DNA of 64,000 nt from Octopus vulgaris (Eukaryota), in the NCBI GenBank assembly GCA_951406725.2, contig OX597831.1, positions 15,996,001 through 16,060,000 on the forward strand. Reading direction: 5' to 3'. This document shows positions 53,403 to 64,000 of this stretch, piece by piece; position 1 is the first letter of the stretch; the number at the start of each line of letters is the position of its first letter. The translations under genes were made by a program, and so were the position numbers. The notes beneath the pieces were generated by a model. That model saw nothing but the letters and a program-made list of their open reading frames with translations. It was not told where the DNA came from and did no database searches.

Positions 53403-53847
53403 ACTTATACATACAAACATACTTACACACACGCACATACACATATATATGCACACAGACATATACATACAAACACACACACATGTATATGTATACATAA
53501 TTTTTCCTCAAATAATTTGTATCCTTACCAGTAGGCATTCCATTCCATCACGCAAAGGTCAATATGAAAAGTATTAGTAACATTAGGAGTGATGTAGTAC
53601 CACAGGTCGAGGCTCCGGCTACGACTTTCGGTGGAGGTTTGTTATCTGCAATGCACACACACACATATATATATATAAATCTATATAAATACGGATAAGA
53701 TCATTAATTTAAATAACGATCTTACCAAGTGGCCAGCATGGGAATAAAGAACTTTAAAGGTAATAATTATTATTAAAATTATAAAATTATAATTATAATC
53801 AGAGATACCACCACGCTGGAAATAACAGCCAAAACCTGACTATAAAA

Positions 53848-53966
53848 TCACATTAAATGTTCATACAGCACCAAGAGACAAAAAGGCAAAAGGACAAAAA
53901 CTAGCAGAAAATTACTGCATAATTCCAGATGCCGGATTTCTGACTTTGCATTTAGAAATGCTTTGC
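53848..53966 (-). CDS. Gene A coding exon 4: (G)[38 protein letters not shown]
   Basis: Acceptor tatattccactgataag, phase 1, hydrophobic tail, TGA. Confidence 0.75.
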
Positions 53967-54012
53967 CTTATCAGTGGAATATACGCAGCTAGTAACATAA
54001 ATACGCACACAC

Positions 54013-54183
<171 letters not shown>

Positions 54184-54431
54184 ACAAACGAATACTTACA
54201 TATACTAACGTATACATACATATATATGCACGTATGCAGCATGACCAGTTTAAATTGCTCACCTATGACTCCTCGTGCGATATGTTTAAAACATCACCGC
54301 AGTAAATACAATGACGAGATATGAAAAATTATATAAATAAGGATAAGATCGCTATATTAAATATGTGTGTATATATATATACACACATATATATATATAT
54401 ATATGCGTGTGTGTGTGTATTCATATGTATA

Positions 54432-54506
<75 letters not shown>

Positions 54507-54794
54507 GCGTCAGGTTTTTAATTTGCTTGGAATAGTTATGGCCAAAATAAAGTTTTACCTTGAAATGTAATATATTTTGTGATCAAAGCCATTTTGATAA
54601 TCTGTGAATAATATATGCTTTAACGATTGCATAATGCTGTTTACACTAGTAAACTATGTGCTGCTAAATATACCTTCTGTCTTTAATTGAACTAGAAGAA
54701 AGTCGGCAGTTTATAAATTTTGTTATCTTCTCAGGGACATATTACATATCACAAAATTTGAACGCGAAATGTTTCGACTATATTATATTAATTC

Positions 54795-54955
54795 AGGGCG
54801 TGCAAAAAGTCTCTCTGCAGTGTTTTTTGTTTTTTCTCCAAGATGTATTTCAAAACATGTGTAGAAGAATCAACTTATGTATTGAAAAGGAAGGACGACA
54901 CTTTCCACGCCTCTTGGAAACACTTCTTACCTTCAGAAGACATTTTTGATGGGTG
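54795..54955 (+). mobile_element. Tc1/mariner deletion remnant
   Basis: VFQNMCRRINLCIEKEGRHFPRLL is a typical transposase C-terminus; TIR-like cagggcgtgcaaaaagtc. Confidence 0.55.
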
Positions 54956-55141
54956 TTTAAAATAAATCAGATTTGTATGTAACATTTCTGACTTCCATTC
55001 GTAAACATCGTATTTCATTTTTGACAAATAATTGAATAGAAACTACAGTGATACTAACGCAAAATGTAAAATAAAATAAACAGGCATAATTATATTTTAA
55101 AACATCTTTTGTCTTATGCACCACGTTTCACAATAACTTAC

Positions 55142-55230
55142 CTTTGCATTTTACCGTTTGCATATTGTGAAAGTAATCGTTACAATTCGGGTATATGGCA
55201 TCAAAACACTTCAGATACATCTTCAAACGG
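55142..55230 (-). CDS. Gene A coding exon 3: (S)RLKMYLKCFDAIYPNCNDYFHNMQTVKCK
   Basis: ttccctgtag acceptor, gtaagt donor, 89 nt. Confidence 0.9.
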
Positions 55231-55623
55231 CTACAGGGAATAAAACAAATGAAAGAAATGAAATTCTATGATTGCGATTCCTTGTGCTTGATTATGACTT
55301 CACATCGACGTATATACAGAACAACACACCTTTAAAGTTGTTATCGGTTATTCATTACATTTCTGCAATCATGAAATCTCTGTGATGTCCCGATTAAAAT
55401 ATCCTAGCGTTTGTCAAAGTCTGCTAAATATTCGAACGGGAACATTTTACTGAAACACTTCCAAGTAAAAAGGTATGGAAATCCTTACACGTTATCAAAA
55501 TTATGACAAACTAAAATAAGAGGGGCATATACACAAACACACTCACTACACACATACACGCAGAGGCATGTGCACACATGCACTCACACAGAGGCGTACA
55601 CACGTACACACACACACATACAT

Positions 55624-55675
<52 letters not shown>

Positions 55676-55906
55676 CATGTAATCTTAGATTCTTTTAGGT
55701 TATAAAGTGGTGTATTTCCAGCGAAGCAATTAGCCCGAATTCTGGGCTATCAATTCTGTCGGATCCAACAAAAAATGCCAACATTTTTCAAGTCTATAAA
55801 ATCATGGTTTCACGACAATCACACTGTTATGTGTGTTTCGCGAAGAGTAAATTATAACCCAAGTAGTGACAAGAAAAATAATTATTTATCATATATTTAA
55901 TGATTC

Positions 55907-56016
55907 GTTACAATTGTTTCTGTAGCAACTCTGTTTGCCACGCCATTTTATGCCAAACATTCGAAGAGAACATTTATGCAATACATTTCCTGTTTTAGAG
56001 TAACACTTCATCAGAC
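55907..56016 (-). ncRNA. Type I HHR with long stem II (partly decayed)
   Basis: gt-CTGATGA-agtgttactct...agagttgctaca-GAAACaattGTA-ac. Confidence 0.55.
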
Positions 56017-56439
56017 TTACATCAACATGAGGCTATCATTTTGTGCCTCTTCCAGACATTATGTTTTACCTCATATCGGGAGCCCCTCTTATTGAACGCC
56101 CCTCGTATGTATCACTTGCTAAATATCAATCTTCAATCTATACATCTTATTTATTTACTCATGGTTTCTAAACCTGGTTTCTCTATATCTTCTCTGTTTT
56201 CTCTTTCTAGCGTTTTGCTTTTTATATATTCAATTCACCTGAGCTTTATTAACTCAAATCTAACACAGTTTATAATGTTCTTGAAGATATCACATTAAGG
56301 CTCTAATTTTTTTAGTTTCCGCTGTAAACGTTTCGGAAACAGAGACACACACACACACACACAAACACCAGTTAGATTTTACTCTCTTGCATGGCAGAGT
56401 AGTTCAGCTAGCGAACTGCCATCCTACTACCTACCACGT

Positions 56440-56740
56440 GGAGGGACATGGTGTAGAGCTTAGAGCAGTGGACATGCACTCGAGCTATCGCAAGTTCAAC
56501 TCTCAGAGAGGGCGATGTGTGTGTTTGTGAGCGAAACAACCAAGCTCCACACGGCTCCGGCAGAAGAAAATGGCGGACTTCTGCTGACTCTTTCACCACA
56601 ACTTTTTCTCACTCTTTCCTCCTGCAACTAGCAGCTCACCTGTGAAGGATCGGCGTTCCTTCCAGGCGAGGAATATATACGTTAATGAAGCGGAAACCGG
56701 CCCTTATGAGCCAGGCATAGCGCGAGAAGGAACAAACAAA
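56440..56740 (+). mobile_element. SINE family B head with alternative tail, diverged
   Basis: gagcgaaac..aagctccac..ggctccggcag..tctttcaccacaactt shared with 14750 and 23787. Confidence 0.65.
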
Positions 56741-56949
56741 TCACTAGCTACCACACTCCTCACCCGCCAAACAGAAAACGAGCAATTGAGAGAGTTATCA
56801 ACTTAATCGTTTCTCTCCCTTTTGACTACTTAAAATGTCATCCGGTGATCAAATACATGTTCACACAACGAAACATATTTGATACCAGTGGCAATACTAT
56901 ATTGACTGACCACTATGTAACTCTTAGTCCAGATAAGGAGACTTTCTGC

Positions 56950-57327
56950 TTATTTATTTACTGTTTCAGTCATTTGACCGTGGCCATGCTGGAACACCAT
57001 CATTAGTCGAAAACGTCGAGCAGAAGAATTATTCTTTATAAGCCTAGTACTTACCCTATCGATATATTTGTCTGAATGGCTAAGTTATGGGGACGTCAAC
57101 ACACCAACATCGGTTATCAGAGTGATGGTGGGAGGACAAACATATACATATATACATGCATACACACACACGCATATATATACACGATGGGCTTCTTCCA
57201 GTTTCCGTTTGCCAAATCCACTCACAACTCACTACAGTAGGAATTACTTCCCGAAGTTCACTCGCAGTGGGACTGAACCCGAGATAATGTTGTTGGGAAG
57301 CAAGTTTATTACGGTACAGTTCTCCTG
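56950..57327 (-). mobile_element. SINE family A
   Basis: Collinear with 11731-12222. Confidence 0.75.
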
Positions 57328-57363
57328 TGTCAATGTTCCCAATTAATTCATCAATGCTATTAT

Positions 57364-57455
57364 TTTCTTCTTCTTCTTCTTCTTCTTCTTCTTCTTCTTC
57401 TTCTTCTTCTTCTTCTTCTTCTTCTTCTTCTTCTTCTTCTTCTTCTTCTTCTTCT
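57364..57455. repeat. (TTC)n microsatellite
   Basis: Direct reading. Confidence 0.95.
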
Positions 57456-57704
57456 TTTTTTGATGCAGAGAGGACGGAATGCTATTCAAATGTCTAAAAA
57501 TCACAAATATTACTGAATTTTTTTCTTCGAATTTTTGGCAGAGTTGCTACGTATACATTTGTAACGACTCCCTAAATATGTGTTAAAAACGGGCCGAAGG
57601 ATATATCAGCCGAAACGTTACGTTAACAACAAAGATGACAACAAATATCCGTCAAATGTAAACTATGTAAATAATTAGTGTCTTATTATTTGGATTATAA
57701 ATAT

Positions 57705-57934
57705 TCTTTTATACTTTTCCTTGTTTCAGTCATTTGATTGCGGCCATTATGTAGCAACACCTTTAGTCGAACAATTCGTCCGCAGGACTTATTCTTTGTG
57801 AGCCAAGTACTTATTTTATCGGATCCTTTTGCCGAAACGCTTAGCCATATGGGTCATAAACACACCAACGATTATCAAGCGATGGTGGGATGACAAACAC
57901 AGACACACAAATACATACATACGCACACACACAC

Positions 57935-57994
<60 letters not shown>

Positions 57995-58145
57995 GACGGG
58001 CTTCTTTCAGTCTTCGTCTACCAAGTCCACTCACAACTCTTTGGTCGGCCGGATGATATAGTAAAACATATCTTCCCAAGACACCACGCGGAGGGACTGA
58101 ATCCGGATATGTGTGGTTTGGAAGCAATCTTCTTCCTATACAGGT
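57705..58145 (-). mobile_element. SINE family A
   Basis: Collinear with 11731-12222. Confidence 0.75.
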
Positions 58146-58322
58146 ATATGAATGTATATAGTTATTTATGCATATAAGAATATAAGGGGGTGGGCAGTGT
58201 TCTGAAACCAGAAAGCATAGATTTATTTACATAGTCTTTACATAGTACCGGATGTAGCAATACTAGTCTGAAAAAGCACTAAAAATAAGTTTTTATATAA
58301 ATATACAAATATAGATATATAC

Positions 58323-58422
58323 CTGCAGTACTTCGAATCTGGTTTCTTTATAGGATATTTCTCCAGAGCAAGAGGACATAATTTCTCTGCTGACTCAGTG
58401 CAAAATTCCGATGTCACAAATC
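58323..58422 (-). CDS. Gene A coding exon 2: (G)FVTSEFCTESAEKLCPLALEKYPIKKPDSKYC
   Basis: aatttgtag acceptor, gtatat donor, 100 nt. Confidence 0.9.
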
Positions 58423-58501
58423 CTACAAATTAAAATATTAATTAATACAGATTAAAATATCGTAGAGATATTCAATTTTACAGATCCAGTATTCAGTAAT
58501 C

Positions 58502-58574
<73 letters not shown>

Positions 58575-58611
58575 ATGTATGTATGTATGTATTATTTATA
58601 GATATATATAG

Positions 58612-58710
<99 letters not shown>

Positions 58711-60114
58711 ATATACGTTTATATATATCCATATATATATACATATTTGGTAAAGTGTATTTTTTATGGTGTTGCTTTAAATATTTGAATTTTACAATTA
58801 TTAAAATAATTATTTTTATACTACATAACTCTTGTGTCTTGTAAAAAGATGTGCACTTGGAAATATTTACGACTAGTCTAATGCTATTTAGTATACCCAC
58901 AAATCATGACATTTTCTAGTCCATTTCATCGAACTCAGCGTTTTAATAAAACTTATTTTAACGAAATACAACCTCGGAGGTATTCTAAGAAGCTAAAAAC
59001 CGACGAGATTGCACTAAACATCCGGCCCGGCATCTTAACGATTCTTCCAGCTTACAGTCTTACTCATGTGTATAATAATGACTTTTAGCACTGTTCATGT
59101 TTTCTTGTTAAATCTTTACTGAAATATTTCGTGTTCTCTGTTAGATTCTTGATAGGCAAAATGTCTCTCAACTCGTTACCATATTTTGGCAAAATTATAT
59201 CGGCGGCAACTAATGGTTTATATTATTCAGTTATTTTATTTTCATACGTTAACTTGGGTGTGTCTTATGATAAAGTACATTCTACTTTCAAGCTCGTAAT
59301 CGTATCAAAATCCACAACTACATCCCCTGTTTATTTAACATTTTGATTGATAATATTTAACGTTGTACATTGATAAACTGTGATAGCCGACATCTTGAAA
59401 CATTATTTGAAACCTGGCTGTAATTACATAGCAGGAAAATCTTTCTCACAATATATTGATTTCGTTCAGCAACACTATATCGAAATATCTGACCTGCGAT
59501 TCAATATCGAAATATATATGATCTGCGATTCTGAGAAATGTCTGATGCCAAAAATGTCCGGTTACACATTAAAAGAGAAACAATAACAAATTAATACAAA
59601 ACACAAATATACAACTACACGTATATGGAAGTTCATAGGGATACGGTATTTTAGCTACGTTTCTCACTACAAAACATATATCAATAAAGGTCAACGATGG
59701 CCTTTCAAAAGTGAACAGCTATATTCCCACAAACAATAATAGCACAAGTGAAATACACTATAACCATTATATATTAATAACACCAAGGATCTGTAGACCC
59801 GCTGTTTTTGTCCTGTTATTGCTATTATTGTTTTTTTGTATTTATATTCGTGTGGCATCGTTCGTTTTTCTGTCCTTGTTTCGTATACATTCGATCCTTT
59901 TTCCAAGAAATCTAATGCTTGTAGCTTAGATTTTCCATGGGGCAGGCCGGATCGGAGCGATCTCAAGATTAATCAGCCGAAATTGCGAGGATGATCCGGT
60001 TCTAGACTGAAGATTAGAGGCTTCGAATGACCCGTCCGTTTTTTGTGTCGTCTCTTTGAGTGATTTGCGTTCTTGTTCCATTTTGTATTTTTATATATAT
60101 TTCATATATATATA

Positions 60115-60194
<80 letters not shown>

Positions 60195-60546
60195 GAGTGT
60201 ATTTTTACCTTTAGTGCATATAAGTAGTCTCTATCATTATATATAATTTAAACTTTACTTTCCTTTATATTTAACATTCACTATTAATATCCCTACTCTT
60301 TCTGTTAGCTACTTATGACGTTATATCATATAACGTTTTTTTAAACAATATTAATAGTGTTCTGTTTATCGCTATACGAATCCATAATTTTTTGCTAAAA
60401 TGTCGTATTGGCGAGTTTGTTTTTTTTCACTTTCCTGAAGTGAAGATTGCATTGTTTATACCATTTATTCCTTTCAATAGTATCAATGGACATGTGTCGA
60501 AAGTAAAAATATTTGATTTACACCTGCGTTAAACTCCATTTATTTA

Positions 60547-60607
<61 letters not shown>

Positions 60608-61889
60608 GTACAATATTAATAGTGCTTGAATATTCTGTATTATGAAAAGAGACATAAGCAATATAATGGAATATTTCATATTCACTAATTGACAATAGTG
60701 CTCAATTTTCTAGTATCAGGCCATTTAAGTACTGTTCCGTAACGCATAACGTATTGTCATTTTTATCGGTATTGCATATGCCTAATAATCGAATCACACA
60801 ATTCGATGCTTTGAACATTGATCTGACTCGTTCCACTTCGGCATTGTATGCTTATGAACTACTTGAATAATTATTCCAAATAATCAATGTTCACATTTAT
60901 ACAGATCTAATTAAGTTTCACTTATTGTTGAAATACGAAGACTACAATTAGATTCATCACGTTAATGCGTCGTCGACAGCATAAAATTTTTATTGCACAT
61001 GCGATGATAGTACAAGATGATAATCCTACAGAAATGAAGAATGGTTTGCACAATTTATACGCACGTACATATCTATTATTATAGAGATAAGGATATCAAT
61101 ATACAAATAAAACTGCATGGATTTGATATACAAAATATATTTACATGTATACATGTAGATGGAGAGAAAGCAAAAACTGGAAAAATCCAGATGATTGATA
61201 GTCAAACAATAGATATATAGATATATATATATTTATTTCTTAATTGTCCACAGGAGGCTAAACATAGATGAGATAAACAAGGACAGAGAGAGGGATGAAG
61301 TCGATTACATTGATAGTAGTGCATACGGATATGTGCACACGCATGTGTACATGTGTGTGTTTGTGTGCATTTCTTTCCACCTCGCTCTTTTTCTCTCCCT
61401 CTGTATATATATATATATACTCAAAATAAGCAATAAGAATATCTCCGGTAATTTGGTACGATCGTTTCACGCTACATCATTTTATTATATATTGTAAGTA
61501 GTACAACAGCTTTAAAATGTTGAGCAACCATCGTCCATTTACAGAGGTTTTCCTTTAATACATAATTTTCATATTAATTGATAACGTTATAAAAGCGCAT
61601 GTTTATATTCAAATCTAATTTTTTCCAAGAGATGCAACTCAACTTGAAAACCAACCTAACACGAATTAAGCGTTTATTTCATTCCGGAATTTCTCACATC
61701 CGTATTAGATTTTAAAGATATTTTTCACTAAATACATTTTCAAATATGATCGCAGTGACCGAGTGAATTCGGAGAAATGGACTGCAGTCGCAAAAGGCGT
61801 AACACGAAACGATGTAGATTGATGTAGGCTTCTATACATGCGTGTACGCATGTTATTGTATATATAAAGTTTAGTTATATATGTGTCGG

Positions 61890-62223
61890 TGAGGGCGCCT
61901 GGCTTAGTGGCTAGGGCATTCGGCTCATGATCGTAAGGTTGTGAATTCGATTCCCGGCGACGCGTTGTGTCCTTGAGCAAGACACTTTATTTCACGTTGC
62001 TCCAGTCCACTCAGCTGGCAAAAATGAGTTGTACTTGTATTTCAAAGGGTCAGCCTTGTCACTCTCTGTGTCACGCTGATTATCCCCGAGAACTACGTTA
62101 AGGGTACACGTGTCTGTGGAATGCTCAGCCATTTGCACGTTAATTTCAGGAGCAAGCTGTTCCGTTGATCGTATCAGCTGGGACCCTCGTCGTCGTAACC
62201 GGCGGAGTCTTTTTTTTTTTTTT
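61890..62223 (+). mobile_element. tRNA-derived SINE family C, full length
   Basis: A box tggcttagtgg, B box aattcgattccc, body, ends in poly-T. Confidence 0.8.
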
Positions 62224-62327
62224 ATATATGTGTGTATGTGCATTGTAGAATTTGTGTATTGTCACATCGTTTTGCAACAGGATTTCTAAATCTACGCCTA
62301 TTAGATGTTGAAATAGCAATCAAGGCT

Positions 62328-62545
62328 TAGGGCGGCGAGCTGGCAGAAACGTTAGCACACAGGGCGAAGTGCTTTACGGTATTTTGTCAGTCTTTACGTT
62401 CTGTGTTCAAATTTAACCGAGGTCGATTTATTCTTTCATCCTTTCGGAGTCGATAAATTAAGTACTAGTTGTGTACTGGGGTCGATTTAATGGACTGGCC
62501 ACGTCCTCAAAATTACGAGCCTTGTGCCTTGAGGAGAAAAGAATA
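62328..62545 (+). mobile_element. SINE family D
   Basis: ggcggcgagctggcagaaacgttagc head, gttcaaat B box, tttcatcctttcggagtcgataaattaagtac body; other copies in window. Confidence 0.75.
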
Positions 62546-62933
62546 ACAATCAAGGCTTGAAATATTATGCACAATATGGCCTACTACATCCTTAAAGGGG
62601 CTGTCACAGGAAAAGCAGAGTCGTTTGAGTGAAGCAATCTCAAGAACGGAACGTATAAAAGAAACAAATGTCCTCGAGTGTTTATGCTTGTGTGTGTGTA
62701 TATGTGTGTGTGTTTGTTTGCATGTGTTTATATATATATATGTGTGTATGTATGTATGTGTGTGTGTGTGTGTGTGTGCACGTCCATGTGGCTATCTCTT
62801 CTTTGTGAGTACATATGTCTGTATATAACCAATCTAAGCTGCTAGATAGACAAAAATGCAGCAGTGAGACTGACTGTAGTCTAAATGAATATATTATTAC
62901 ACATACAGAATATATTATCATATAATTACTTAC

Positions 62934-62970
62934 CAAGAAATAAAAGATAGATTGCTAGCAGATACTTCAT
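62934..62970 (-). CDS. Gene A coding exon 1: signal peptide MKYLLAIYLLFL(G)
   Basis: ttttactag acceptor 10 nt before ATG, 37 nt coding, gtaagt donor. Confidence 0.9.
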
Positions 62971-63329
62971 GCTGTGTATTCTAGTAAAATGTAAGGTTTG
63001 CCGTTTTAAACGTTCCGATACTTTTCGATGTGGTTAGGTTTTGAAATGTGTGTCTGTATTATTTGTTGCTGTGAGTGTGTGCTTGCGTATCCTATACATA
63101 TTGTAGCACAACTACTTTTCTTTCTGGTTTAGTTGACGTATTAAGTGATTTAGTTGACAAGTTCATTTACTTTATGTGAAAGAGAATGTCTGGCTTTGTT
63201 TGTTTTTCAGATAGATGATAAACAGTTTAGAATGTTTATGCGTTAATTCTCAGATGGTAGGGAAAATGTGAAAGCGCACTTCGTGATGAGAACGAGGCTT
63301 AATTGATATGTCTGATTACTATATTATTT

Positions 63330-63700
63330 TCCCAAAATTGGGGATACTTTAGCCCCAATTATTTAGCCTTTATTTTTATACCTCGTGTATAAAAAAAATC
63401 CTTCTGGTTTCGACACAAAGAAATATTCAATATCATGTTTAGAGTCTTCACAATTAACACACTGTTTTCCCCAATGAAAAGACGACAGTCGGGTGGAGAA
63501 ACGACAGGAGAGAAAGTGACATAAGGCAAAATGTCCAAATGTTTTCCCATATGACTGCCAAAAAAAGGTTTTGTATTATCTTGAAAAAGCAACGAATATT
63601 TACGATTGCCTAAATTATTTGCAATTTTGTCGTGAAAGCTTGTAAAATACTTTCAGTAGATAACTATCCTTCTTTGCATTAAGTGTTCCGTTGTAGCATA
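63330..63700 (-). mobile_element. Old mariner remnant
   Basis: LFQDNTKP..DILPYVTFSPVVSPPDCRLF resembles HDNARPH..PPYSPDIAPSDYHLF. Confidence 0.6.
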
Positions 63701-64000
63701 GCACTCTCATTCACGAAACCCGTATTTTTTTTGTTTTTCACTGAACGCAGAGCAATAAGTTTTTGGGGTGTAATTCTGTTTTGGGCATCGATTCTCAATT
63801 CCATTTGAACCAATAATTATAGATTCCGATGCATACGATTATATAGAAACCACTTTTCATTACTTATATTAAGAAACAATCAGCAGAATAGCTACTCTTC
63901 AATGATGAGCAGAGATTAGCACTTAATTTGAGCAGAGAAACACCAGGCGATGAGGGCCCACTAACCAAATGTAGGTAATTGTCTGAACTCAGGGAAGTGT

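Noticed and set aside
53815-53833. Resemblance of the gctagaaatagc-type motif to the engineered Cas9 sgRNA scaffold
   Set aside because: Only ~12 degenerate nt, no rest of scaffold; coincidence

Overview
AT-rich, microsatellite-laden eukaryotic DNA. The SINE repertoire suggests a coleoid cephalopod, probably Octopus (inference). Most ORFs in the supplied track are microsatellite artefacts. Two main signals. (1) Manual splicing on the minus strand gives a tandem cluster of three paralogous genes (A 53848-62970, B ~41179-46272, C 24206-31052). They share coding exons of 37/100/89 nt with intron phases 1/2/1 and encode ~106-116 aa proteins with a signal peptide, an invariant C-x7-C-x16-C-x8-C-x7-C-x11-C core and a GPI-anchor-like tail, resembling the neuritin/RGM N-terminal domain; gene B has ATT instead of ATG. 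(2) Many type I hammerhead ribozyme (HHR) motifs occur in several unrelated small elements, most of them next to (TA)n: two retrozyme-like 1.3-mers (446 and 490 nt units), Penelope-type fold-backs and a CCGA-core variant. The rest is a transposon mosaic: Dong/R4, CR1, RTE, Penelope, Gypsy gag, Helitron, Tc1/mariner, several tRNA-derived SINEs and a gag-only retroposon. All calls were made by eye; no database searches or folding programs were run.
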